Source of the DNA: Mytilus californianus
Lineage: Eukaryota
Reading direction: 5' to 3'
Assembly (NCBI RefSeq): GCF_021869535.1
Contig: NW_026262690.1
Span: 29,946,001 to 30,010,000, forward strand
DNA: 64,000 nt
The position numbers and the translations under genes are program-made. The notes under the pieces are model-generated. The model was not told the DNA's origin. It ran no database searches and saw only the letters and a program-made list of their open reading frames with translations. Positions 40,701-51,911 of this stretch are shown one piece after another (within the stretch, counting starts at the first letter, position 1; every line of letters begins with the position of its first letter).

Positions 40701-40915
40701 ATCAAGTACTTCCATCGATTATTTTGACACTCCAAAAGTAATTAATTCCACTATTTTCAAAGGCCTTATTTAAACAATTTATTACCAGGTTTTTGATTGT
40801 ACCAAGTGTATTAGTAAGTAGAATAGACAGTTTAGTGGTGGAACAACGGCTTGAAGACGAAATAAATCTATATTTGTGAGGTGTTTTGTGCAGCTTCGGA
40901 AGCCAGTACATAGTT
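37748..40915 (-). mobile_element. 5'-truncated Penelope-like retroelement (RT plus long 3' region), interrupted by the element at 38175-39571
   Basis: Minus strand YWLPKLHKTPHKYRFISSS, VQSFDLSTLYTTLPH, AMGTNCAPLIAD, RHLDDIL, CPFLDLDI, YDKRDDFSFPIVNYPF and SYGVYIS; continues into a non-coding tail ending ...gtctctttgacgcattccccgtttccatttgcaatttt. Confidence 0.85.
38175..39571. mobile_element. Non-autonomous foldback DNA transposon, ~545-bp TIRs, 8-bp TSD, P-superfamily-like
   Basis: Arms 38175-38721 and 39028-39571 begin CACAGGCGCTTGGGTTTATG; TSD gaagaaac at 38167-38174 and 39572-39579; ~306-bp non-coding spacer. CANRG ends with an 8-bp TSD fit P elements (hAT not excluded). Confidence 0.9.
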
Positions 40916-41370
40916 AACTAGTATATGTATAACCTTGATTAGTGGAATAACAAACGGTTCATTGAAAAAATGTGCAATAAAAATTAGTCCAGAAATCACT
41001 TAACTCTAAAATACCAATAGGCAACAAATATCTTAAAGTTTGTGTCAATGTATTGTGTTAGCTTGCTTGTCATTTGCACTTGACGATTATGTTTGTTAAT
41101 ATTGATAAAAGTAGATGTGAGATATAATACATCAATTAGACTGCAACCCAGTGACAAAAGTTACAAAAAAACATCTAATGGCAACATACAGTCTTCAACA
41201 GTAGACAGCTCTAGTAGACAGGTGTCTAAACAATGTCTTTAAACCTATCTTGAAAAAAATATGCTTAAAATAATTCAAGTTAGAAGTATTCTGAGGTACA
41301 AATCTTATAAAACGCATGAAACAATCAATGAAAGATATAATTTAAGAGCTAAGCAACATACTTTTAATTT

Positions 41371-41586
41371 TCATCCGTAGTAAGGCCCTGTGTGCATTGG
41401 AGGTGGACCAGAAAGAAAATTAGGATAGTAAAAAGTAGCAGGTTGTTGAAATCCACCTCCTCCGCCTAATCCAAAGTTATTACCACCTATTAACCGACTT
41501 AAAAGTAATGCTCCTAAGATTTGTGCATCAATAACTTGTGCACAGAACAATATAAAAACCAGCGCCGAGCATGATAACTTCATCAT
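41371..41586 (-). CDS. Small secreted Gly/Pro/Tyr-rich peptide precursor (71 aa)
   Basis: Signal-peptide-like MMKLSCSALVFILFCAQVIDA followed by a 50-aa mature region; strong acceptor (ttcactttttctttctttttcag) 11 nt upstream of the ATG; biased composition not derived from a DNA repeat. Confidence 0.75.
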   Translation of the reverse strand: MMKLSCSALVFILFCAQVIDAQILGALLLSRLIGGNNFGLGGGGGFQQPATFYYPNFLSGPPPMHTGPYYG

Positions 41587-42079
41587 CTTGTAATTGTCTG
41601 AAAAAGAAAGAAAAAGTGAAAAGGAATCCAGTGTAATAAGATACTTTGAATTTTCAAATCTTTAATTATCACATCTTTCTTTTTTTTCTTTGATTGACAC
41701 AAATTTGTTATTATAACACGAATACATCAAAAAGATAAATAACGTGTGGTAAGTACTAAAGTAGTATAAGCATGATATGTGTGTGGTTACGTAATTTACT
41801 AATATATATAATGCAGTACATATGCACAGTCATAAATTCAAATATCGATTACAATAAAAAATATTAGGAGTTTTCTTTCTGCCAAAAATATCTGAATAGT
41901 TTTCACCAAGTTTACCCTATCAGATACAATAAGTTACGGTTATTAAATATGGAATCGAACACAACTTTTAGCTTAGTTCTGCAAAACTAAGTGTCTTTTC
42001 CTATATTTTTTCGATAAAGAGTACAACTCTCGATCTGCATATATATACTTTAAATCCGAGCGTAGTAAGAGAAGTTTTA

Positions 42080-42900
42080 ATTGTTTTCCATGTGCAATTT
42101 CAGCAAAGCCTGTACGGACAGCCCATTCAGTTTAATTTTATCGAATTTGCATTTATTACGTTTTTTCCAAATAGCCCATTTAAAATAAAGTATTATTGCA
42201 TTAACAATTCTATTGTTAGGATTTTCTGTATTGGTTCCTAATACAATATCTTTTTAAACAAGTGTCTCATTGCTTCTTAAGTTACAAAGTTGTAAATTTC
42301 TGAAAACTGTTTCTATCAATGATTCAACATTTTTGCATTGATAAAATAAATGCTCAAGAGTTTCAACATTATTATTTTCATCACATAAAGGAAATTTTCC
42401 GTTTGACATATTCATTATTTGAAGTCTGTTTTTGGTATATATCATTCTATGTATACATTTCCATTGAAATTCTTTGACTTTTTTATTGATATCCATTTTA
42501 CTGAGATTTAGCCAATGCGTTCCCCAATTTATTTTCTCGCTATACAAATTTTCCCCTTTTGTTAGGCTGGTCCTCTTCCTTGCAACATACGGATATCTCA
42601 GAGCCAAACAGATAAAGGACAGGGAACCAGTCTACCCCTTTTGTTTGACATTTAGGGGTTTCCTGTTTATTGTTAATTGTAGATATTTTAATTCAAATCT
42701 TTTATTTTAATAATTTTGTTGTCTGGATTAAGAAATTCAAAATTTCTGAAATTTTGATTTTGTTACTTTTTAAAGTGCGTTGAACCTGGGAACAGTATAT
42801 CTATATGTTCCTGGTTGAACATCGTTGTTTTTTTAAATTTACAAAAATGTTTGTGATATGAAATTTTCAATTCGTGAGTATTCCGAAATACAGTTACTTT
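42080..42900 (-). mobile_element. L1/Tx1-clade LINE 3' fragment
   Basis: KEFQWKCIHRMIYT...LCDE...ETLEHLFYQC (zf-RVT type) and YFKWAIWKKRNKCKF; different in sequence from the LINE at 116-2975. Confidence 0.85.
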
Positions 42901-43148
42901 TAGTTAGTTGTTGGTATAGTGCATTGAATGATATAAAATCTTTAATATTATCGTCCCATATATCACCAATACTTTTTGAAAAAGAAGAATAAAATAAAGA
43001 TTTGCCCGCCCTCAAATAGTAATGTTAAAACTTCCTTATATTATGAGTCTGACAATGTTTTATTAAATATTTCTTGCAATAACGTACAAAATTCTTCTTG
43101 CATGATATTCCATATACAATATATAATACCACATCTTCTTATTTTCAT

Positions 43149-43267
43149 ATTGTCGGAAAATATAAAATTTATTTGTATGAGTTTAAGAAACAGGACGAAA
43201 AGCGAGGCTCGCCGAGCTTTTCTCCTGTTTCCTAGCAAGTACACACAAATTAAATATTTCCGACAAT
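43149..43267. mobile_element. ~120-bp MITE with central hairpin
   Basis: TIR attgtcggaaa(a)tat / atatttccgacaat; hairpin gaaacagga-c-gaaaagc...gcttttc-tcctgtttc at 43187-43231. Confidence 0.7.
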
Positions 43268-43822
43268 GTACATATATTGTGTTTATCCTGCAATTTACAC
43301 CGGCACTTGAAGTTTGAGTTGTCTCTGATTTTTCAAAGAAATCGACATAGTTTAAACGCGGACCGCGAAGAGGACCACCACGTTCATTTAATTTGTTTTC
43401 TATGCGTCTTGTTAAATCTTGAGCTCTTTCCAAATGCCATCCCTCGGAGCTAAATGAATTTGAATAGACTTTAACTTGTTCATTTAGTCTTTCTTCTATA
43501 TTGTATTTAAAACGACCTCTTTTTTTTTTATTCGACTCCATAATTCCTTTTTTTCAGTTTTGCATTTCGAGATTGAAAAAGTGGCTGGACGATTTTCCCC
43601 GTTCTGCTCATTTGACACGCGCCCTTATTTTATACACCTGTAGTACCCCGGTAGGTATTTAGTCACACCATCTTTAGACGATCTACCGAAAGTACCCAGA
43701 ATCCCCCTCTTTGGAATAATGGACACGTAAAGCAGACGCTAACAGCCAGCAAAGAGCCATCCAAGAGCATCAGTGCGATTATGCACTTAACTTAAGGTAA
43801 GCAGACGCGTCAATTCTTACAT

Positions 43823-43838
43823 TGGCGTCTGCGAGCAG
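43823..43838 (+). promoter_or_regulatory. Primer-binding site, tRNA-Ser-like
   Basis: tggcgtctgcgagcag, 1 nt after the 5' LTR; resembles the complement of a tRNA-Ser 3' end with one extra base. Confidence 0.7.
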
Positions 43839-43955
43839 CCTTTGGTCGAATTTTTAAGCGGGGAGGTCGTTTTTTTTTGCCAAATTAATAAGGGAATAAT
43901 GGGGGCCTAGCCAACAGGTATACCGAAAAAGAGACACCAAGGTTTCGTACCTTTA

Positions 43956-45028
43956 ATGGGGAAAGTGAAAGCACAGCATCAAGGCATGTCAGTAGCAGCG
44001 GGTACCAAGGGGCAACAAGATGGGGAACAGGGAAACACAGAAGCTCACAACGAGATGCTTTTGGGCGGCAGGAGGGAGTTGGGGGGCATACACCCAGAGA
44101 GTCCAAGACCCATCAAGGAGTCCCCAGGGGGTAGACCTCCAATCCTGCAAAGAACCCTCAGGTAAGATGGAAAAACAAATTGGCAGGCCTTTTATGCCAA
44201 ATTTTCCCCACTGGCTGCGGTAAGCGCTTGGACGGAAAACCAAGCGAGTTTTATGCCTTACTGTTAGAAAGAAGGCATGACCTGACCTATGAAGACCTGG
44301 TTCATAAATTGGCCAAACGTTTTGAGTTTTATGAGTTGCCTGAAACAGCCCAGGTTCAGTTTAACGTTGCCCAGCAAGGTAGGGACGAAACCCTGGAGGA
44401 CTGGGCCGACAGAGTCGTGTCCCTTGCCACCAAAGCATTTTGCCACCTGCCCGAGGACCATATGTATCAACAGGCAGTCATGAGGTTATGTCAGGGGGCC
44501 GCAGACAAGGAGGCAGGAATGTTGGCCTCCAATGTTAAGCTCCAAAGCATTGAGGACGCGGTGGATAAAATACGGTGGCATCAGCATAATCACCAAGCTA
44601 TCTATGGCCGGTCTTCCAGGAAGGAGGTAAAAAGTGTCAGCCCGGACACCCGAGGAAGGGGGCTTAACAATTACCTGGTCTGTTCCACTACCAAGTCGGA
44701 AGTCACTGGGCTTTCCATCCCGAGGGAAGTAAGGGAGTTGCAAACCCAGTTTAGCACTTTGAAAGGGAAGGTACAGGGAAGTCTGGGGAATTTATTGTCA
44801 GAGATTCAGAGGTTAACCTTTGCTGTCAGAAACAATGCCCGCCAAGCATCTGGTAGTCCTTCCCAAAGGTCCCCAGGGGGAGGCTGTTTCCACTTCGGTG
44901 AGGTAGGCCATTTTAAAACGGAATGCCCAAATTTCTTGCGAGTAATTTCTAAACCAGGGGGCAAGAAACTTACTTTTGAGGACACCAAGGGTCCGTTAAA
45001 CTCCAACGGGTCGACTCCAGAGGTCTGA
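43956..45028 (+). pseudogene. gag: gag, disrupted
   Basis: RTLR*DGKTNWQAFYAKF (TAA at 44163-44165), a frameshift near 44245, then FYALLLERR...ETLEDWADRV...CQG and knuckle CFHFGEVGHFKTEC at 44885-44926 (second Cys replaced by Phe). Confidence 0.85.
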
Positions 45029-45423
45029 GTCTGGCCCCCATACACAGAAGTATTAAGGACCTCAAAATAAACCAGCACCCCACCTATGCAAATATGATTA
45101 GAACAGGTACAATAAGTCAAATAAGTGCTACACAGGGGGACCAATTGGACCTGCCAGGGGGGGGGGGGGGGCGGGCTATCCTTTAAACAGAAGATTAACT
45201 CACAGAAAAAACCAGTACAGGGCCTCATGTTTGATAGCCCCCTTACTTCCAGGGTTAATGCAGTCAATCAAGCATGTTCTGAGGACATCACTAAACCCAT
45301 ACAGACACCCTACTGGAAGAGATAAGTCAGCACTGGGGCACAGGTCAAGGGCAAAGGCTATTACAAGAGGACGTTTCTGTCGGTGAGTCCTTCATTCTCA
45401 ATCCATTTCAAACAGCAGGTCAC

Positions 45424-45975
45424 ATGCCAGAGGGGATGGATATGAGTTCAAAGATACCATTAGGGGAGTTACATATTGAAAAACAAATTCTGGGGACTGA
45501 AGAGGGGGACCCAATAAATAACACCAGTCCTGTAATGTCATGTTCCAAACGGGAGTCTCCTTTAAACCAACTACCTGTAGAGTTACCCGAAACTTTACAG
45601 TCATGTGAACGTGAGTCTCAAAAATTAGGAGACCGTTCTCTGAGCCCAGTTCATGGTCAAGAAGGGCCAGGGGGTACAACTGTGTTCAAGGCAGGGGTAG
45701 TACAACATCAAGGACCCAATCCTCTGTCAGAGAGAGGGGGTGCCCCGAACCTCTTGGTCTCAACAATGTCTGGTCTTGCATGGGAGGCCCCTTTTAGCAC
45801 GTTTGAAGCTTTGAAAGAAGATGAGTGTTCAAAGATGAAAATTGGGGAGGATGCCCTTGGTTTGATGCCCGAAGGGACAGCAGAGATGTTGAGGGAGGTT
45901 GGAAACTGGGCAGAAAGAGTGGAGCAGGCCGAGGCAGAAGAAGCTCAGATTAATGGAGAACAGACACAGCAATGA
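45424..45975 (+). other. 183-aa ORF of unknown nature inside the LTR element
   Basis: Open ATG-to-stop frame, Glu/Ser/Pro/Gly-rich; no PR, RT, RH, IN or env motif seen. Confidence 0.3.
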
Positions 45976-46614
45976 GACACTGGCATTGCTTTCTTAGAAC
46001 ACAATCAGCAGTTGCTCACAGTGCATCCACTGTTAGAAAACAATGGTGTGTGTGGGATTTTAGACAATCCACAAAGGGAAGGAAAAGGAGTCATTCAAAA
46101 GGAAGGCATTGAGGGGATACTTCCAACCCAGCCCGTCCAGTTTGAGTATGACTTCCAGTTGTAGGGAGGGGAACTAGGAGATCAACCAAGCAGGGGACAT
46201 GCCATTAGGGGAGTTACATATTCTTCGAAGGGGAATAGGGATCTAATTTTTAAAAGGGGATGATGTGGGGGAGATGTATATCCTCATAAGATGGAACAGG
46301 TAAGCTGTTTCTTGTTTGGCCATTTTTACCATTCACATTTGGAGGAATGTGGGTGAAGCCTGACAGATCATCCCTGGCTACTCTTAGCTTGGGGACCTCG
46401 GACAGGTTTAGCCCCTCCAGGCCAATGTAATGGTTCTGGCTACACAAATGAACTGATGAGGGTGTACATAAATGTAAATACGTTTTTTAATATTTCCTAT
46501 TGTTATGTATCCTGTTACATTGTTTTATTATGGAAGGGCCTGGGGAAACATCTAGTTGTGTATTCATACCCAAGGGGACCCCTTGTTATATGGGGGGTCT
46601 TAATTGATAACATT

Positions 46615-46622
46615 GGGGGGAG
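46615..46622 (+). promoter_or_regulatory. Polypurine tract
   Basis: ggggggag immediately before the 3' LTR. Confidence 0.8.
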
Positions 46623-47088
46623 TGTAGTACCCCGGTAGGTATTTAGTCACACCATCTTAAGACGATCTACCGGAAGAACCCAGAATCCCCCTCTTTGGAA
46701 TAATGGACACGTAAAGCAGACGCTAACAGCTAGCAAAGAGCCATCCAAGAGAATCAGTGCGATTAAGCACTTAACCTAAGGTAAGCAGACGCGTCAATTC
46801 TTACACACCTCTGAATTGTTCTCATAGTAGTTTTTAATAAGTGATTCTGTGTCTGAGATCTTATTTCAAACGTCCGCCGACATGATGTTATTTAACTTGA
46901 GTTTTTCTAAAAAAAAAAATTGTCACATCTTGTAAGTCAATTATTTTGTTTATAGTTTTATAGTCCTAATATGGAGAAATATTTTTGTGGATGACCCCTT
47001 TTGTTTCATAGGATACACAATAATTTTATGGATAGTGAGATTGGGATTAGATTTCAAGTAATCCTATACTTTAATATCGTGACTTTCG

Positions 47089-48335
47089 TGAGTACTAGCA
47101 TACATTATAAAACTACAGTGAGTACTGACATACATTGTACAACTACAGTTAGTACTAAATACAATGTACAACTATAGGGAGTAATTACATACAATGTACA
47201 ACTACAGTGAATACTGACATACAATGTACAACTATAGGGAGTAATTACATACATTGTACAACTACAGTGAGTACTAAATACAATGTACAACTATAGTGAG
47301 TAATTACATACATGGTACAACTACAGTGAGTACTAAATACAATGTACAACTATAGGGAGTAATTACATACGTTGTACAACTACAGTGAGTACTAAATACA
47401 ATGTACAACTTTAGGGAGTAATTACATACATTGTACAACTACAGTGAATACTAACATACAGTGTACAACTATATAAAGTATTAATCTTCATTGTACATCA
47501 GTGAATACTAACATACAGTGTTCAACTATATTGAGTTATTACATACATTGTACAACTATAATGAATACTAACATACAATGTACAACTATATTGAGTATTA
47601 ATCTCCATTGTACAACTACAATCAATACTGACATACATTGTACAACTACTGTGAGTTTTACATACATTGTACCACAACCGTGAGTAATTACATACATTGT
47701 AAACTGCTGTGAGTAATTTAATATACTGAACAACTAATGTGAGTAATTAAATTCATTGAACAACTACTGTGAGTAATTAAATTCATTGAACAGCTACTGT
47801 GAGTAATTACATTCATTGAACAACTACTGTGAGAAATTACATACATTGTAAACTACTGTGAGTATTACTTACATTGTACTACTACAGTGAGTAATAACAT
47901 ACATTGTAAACTACTATGAGTAATTAAATACGCTGAACAACAACTGTGAGTAATAACATTTAGTGAACAACTACTGTGAGTAATTACATTCATTTGACAA
48001 ATACTGTGAGTAATTAAATACATTGTACAACTATAGTGAACAATTACATACATTTTACAACTACAGTGTGTTATTACATACATTGTTCAACTGCTGTTAG
48101 TTATTGCATACATAGAACAACAACTGTGAAAAATAACATCGAACAACTATAGTGAGTAATTACATTGAACAACATACATTGTATAACTACTGTGAGTGTT
48201 TACATACATTTTACAACTACAGTGAGTTCTTTGAGTACTTACATGCATTATACAACTGCAGTGAGTACTAACATGCATTCCCCATTTCCATTCTCAATTT
48301 TATTTACTACTATAGTGAGTACTAACATGCATGCA
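47089..48335. repeat. Minisatellite, 29-30-bp unit, about 40 copies
   Basis: Unit aactacagtgagtactgacatacattgtac, diverging progressively to the right. Confidence 0.93.
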
Positions 48336-49065
48336 TTTTAATGGCAATATTTAGAGTTTTCAGTAGCATTTTTCATCGTCTTAGATTTTACTCTAAAGTT
48401 GTCGTGGGTGGGGGAGGGTAGGTATATGTTTGCCCTTTTCCCGTTCCGTCGTCTATGAAGACAATTACGAATATACTTATATTTTTATTATATTTTTTAA
48501 ATAGGCATGGTGTAAGCTACATTTTGGAAAAGTATTAAATAAATAGATTTTTTTTAATAAGACCCATAATTTAAGCCAAATAATACCTCTTTACGTAGCG
48601 TACAGGCGATGGAGACGCATGGCTTCAGTAGTAACAAATGATTGAAAAATTGAATGAAATCCTTTTACTAACAGTGTTTACAGTGTAGTTATTCCAGCTA
48701 GCCTTTGATATGATTTAAAGACTCATTATGATGAATTTTGTGTTTATTAATAATGTTGAAGATACAGTTAAGAAATAGTATCTAAAGCCTTGCGTACTTT
48801 TTTCCCAATGTTCATATATAGGAAATTCAGTTTTTCACATTCACTACATGTTTAATTGGCTTTCAAAATTTGACTTCAAGCGTACCTGCAGATTGTAATA
48901 TTAAAAGCGCCATTCAAACAACATTCAAATTAATGTCAAAGCATTAAACATCTAAGATCTTTTATTCATGTTTTCAGCATATTCCAGTATTTATTTGAAT
49001 TTCTACTGTTTTGTTACTTATTTTGAGTTGTTTTCAACCATTAGAAGAAACATAACAACACTTAC

Positions 49066-49125
49066 CTTCACTGAAACAAGACTGTGTAAAATTGTTAACA
49101 TATACAAGAGAATATTTATTTTATA
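49066..49125 (-). promoter_or_regulatory. Candidate TATA box, short non-coding first exon and splice donor
   Basis: Minus strand TATAAAA at 49125-49119; about 30 nt later acaattttacacagtcttgtttcagtgaag then GTAAGT (intron starts at 49065). Confidence 0.4.
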
Positions 49126-50249
49126 ACTTACAAATCATAAAAAAGTAAACAAATATCGTTGACCATTGGTAAAAATAATTGCTTATGTGTCATTACTGAT
49201 TGGTTTTATTTCCACGATCGTCCGGCCACTATGATTTATTAGGATTTATGTGATGGATATCTTGTCACTGGACACTCTAAAATTAGTGTATTAACTATGA
49301 AAAAAAATGTGTGTACTTTTATTTTCTGGACACTCCCTTCTAGTTCAACAAATATTCGTTTCACTACTAAAACAAGCGAAAATTTTAGTAAAAAATGTAT
49401 GTAACACCAATAATTTGACGGACATTCCTAACACTTTTATATTCATTTGCAACAGTTCTTTTATTTCTATTCATTCATTTCAATTTAAAGATAAGGAGAT
49501 TTGGTATGATAATCGTTCGTTTACACTGAAACTTTTTATTTATAAAGATGACAACCACAATGTCATTTTGTAAATCTGCCTCCTACCGCTACCGATGTTG
49601 GATGAAAAAGAATTTCAAATTGTGAAACAATAAAAGCAATTTCATTGTGAAAGTTACTAAAATTCTATTTTGTTTATGCATTAAAGAAAATATACCTGTG
49701 TTCAGTGTTTTCCATAATACAAAAATAAAAGTAAAATGATTTCTGGAAATACGAAGAATTCATGCTTTTAGGCTTTATGATGGCGCCAATTTCATCATAA
49801 AACATCGTACAAAAACATGAACTAGTAATTTATATTTACTTTTTTTAAAGGACTATCAAATTATATTTATGTATCGTGATTGTCGTACATTCTCTGTCAT
49901 AGGAAAAAAATGTCAAACTTGAGATAGGCTTGTCAAATACTAAAGGTGACAGTCGTATCTATTTGATAGACAAGCATTTAAATAAAATAAATGATTATTT
50001 GTTGAAGGATTTTACTTTTTTATACCGCCTTTCCATTGTTGACGCATTAGGTTAGGTTAAGTCGTTTTAACGAGTTGATTATTCGTTATAACGAGTTAGC
50101 TAAGTCGTTATAACAAGTTATAACAAGTTAAAATTATAAAAAAAATCCCCATGACACGTACCGGCTTCCGTAGATAAAAGAGTGTAGGACAACATTATTT
50201 CATATCAGCAGGATAAGTTTTGTAAGCAGTAAATGAGAGCATTCTAAAA

Positions 50250-50770
50250 AATTGTTACTGTAATATAAATATAGAATTGCTTTTGCAAAATTTAGATGCG
50301 GAGTAGATCCGTTAAGAATAGAAATGGGAAGGTATGAAAATAAAGAGTATGTTTATGCGAAATGATAAGATTAAGGATGAGAAACATGTTGCATTAGCAC
50401 GCCCGTTATATGCAGATTTTCATAGTTGTTTATTTAGTGAAGCATTAAAATGTAATGAAGATTTTTATAATTAATCGGATGATGACAAATTTGAATATTT
50501 ATTTTAAAATTAACGAGTGTTATGATAATATGCTTTAATATTTTAAGTTGACGGAATACCTTTTTATATTCTTAGACTGAAGTTATTTTATATAATGATA
50601 TGTAATATATGAATTTTAAGTATAATGTATTTTACAGTCTCTTATAATTCTTTATAGAATATACTTGTATTTTATCTATGTAGATCGTTCGTTTTATATT
50701 GGGTATTATATACTTATAATGTCCTGTATGTGTATTTTCAGCTAGTGGATTTCCTCTAATAAAATATTGA
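50250..50770 (+). mobile_element. CR1/L2-group LINE 3' remnant
   Basis: YRIAFAKFRCGVDPLRIEMGRYE...KDEKHV...PLY, followed by an AT-rich tail and aataaa near 50758. Confidence 0.75.
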
Positions 50771-51126
50771 ATCTGGATTTGTAGGTTTATTATTGCTGTT
50801 TGTACTTATGTTTTGTTATATTATTATGCCGTTATTATGGAATAAAGTGGTTTTCTTGTTCTGATAACTAATGTTTGTTTTTTTTAATTACCTTTTTAGA
50901 TCACTGACAGAAGTGAATCGCGGTTGAGTTATAAAAAAACTAGTTAAATCCATCGACATGTTCATGTGTCGGTTTCTTGTCAACCTCGTCTGGAGTGTAT
51001 AGACCTCGATTGTAGACAGCAGTATATTGTTGAACGAACCGTTGACCTCTAGATATCTCTTAATTAAATGTTTGTGTCTTTTGATTGCTGTCTCATTGAC
51101 GTAAACACCGTGTCCGCTGTTATTCT

Positions 51127-51366
51127 TACTGTAATGTTGTCGAGGTCTACGATTAGGCCTACTGTAATGTTGTCGAGGTCTACGATTAGGCCTACTGAAA
51201 TGTTGTCGAGGTCTACGATTAGGCCTACTGTAATGTTGTCGAGGTCTACGATTAGGCCTACTGTAATGTTGTCGAGGTCTACGATTAGGCCTACTGAAAT
51301 GTTGTCGAGGTCTACGATTAGGCCTACTGAAATGTTGTCGAGGTCTACGATTAGGCTTACTGTAAT
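51127..51366. repeat. Tandem repeat, 33-bp unit, 7.3 copies
   Basis: tactgtaatgttgtcgaggtctacgattaggcc; near-identical copies with a gta/gaa variant. Confidence 0.97.
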
Positions 51367-51812
51367 CACTAGTACGTCAACTAGATCATGAACGGTTAAT
51401 ATCTGTTAATACATATAAACATAACTTAATCAAGTCTGTCCTAAATCTCCGTAAGATTTTATTTCATAAGCTGTTATAAAAAAATCACTACACTGCATTT
51501 GGTGCATATATTAAAAGGAAAGACAAATGAATATATAAACTTTTCCAGTTTGTGTGTAATATTTCCGTTTACGAAAGAGTTTGCTGAGAAATCGGTTATT
51601 TTTTGTAATTTTATATAATTTATTAAGTGTACACTTCCGTATTATGTAGGAAATTTACTCATATTGAGAAGGATTAAGTACATTCTATTGTACTTAAAAT
51701 CAAAACGGATATCGAAATGTATCTGTTTATAGTTTGTTTAAAACTCAACTTTAACTTTGGAATTTAAGGATATGATAGGAGAGATATATTGTGTAAACCT
51801 AGCTTTATATCA

Positions 51813-51911
51813 ATGATTAAAATGACGAGATGGGTTTTATTATTCTTTATATGTCACTATTCTGCTTCAGTTGAAAATGATCAAGTTTGTGCTGATAGCT
51901 TCTGTTCACAG
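51813..51911 (+). CDS. Signal-peptide exon of a putative Cys-rich membrane protein
   Basis: MIKMTRWVLLFFICHYSASVENDQVCADSFCSQ followed by cag|gtaaat donor, phase 0. Confidence 0.55.

Larger units (their letters stand above)
43639..46805 (+). mobile_element. 3167-bp LTR retroelement (Ty3/Gypsy-type), gag present, pol absent
   Basis: 183-bp TG...CA LTRs at 43639-43821 and 46623-46805 (7 substitutions by eye), TSD cacc, PBS and PPT, gag with Zn knuckle. Confidence 0.95.

Noticed and set aside
45029-46614. pol or env remnants in the LTR element
   Set aside because: No D(T/S)G, YxDD, RNase H, HHCC/DDE or TM motif found by eye; a profile search could still detect very decayed traces.
51064-51391. 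VGLIVDLDNI and TVMLSRSTIRP repeat ORFs
   Set aside because: Products of the 33-bp tandem repeat.
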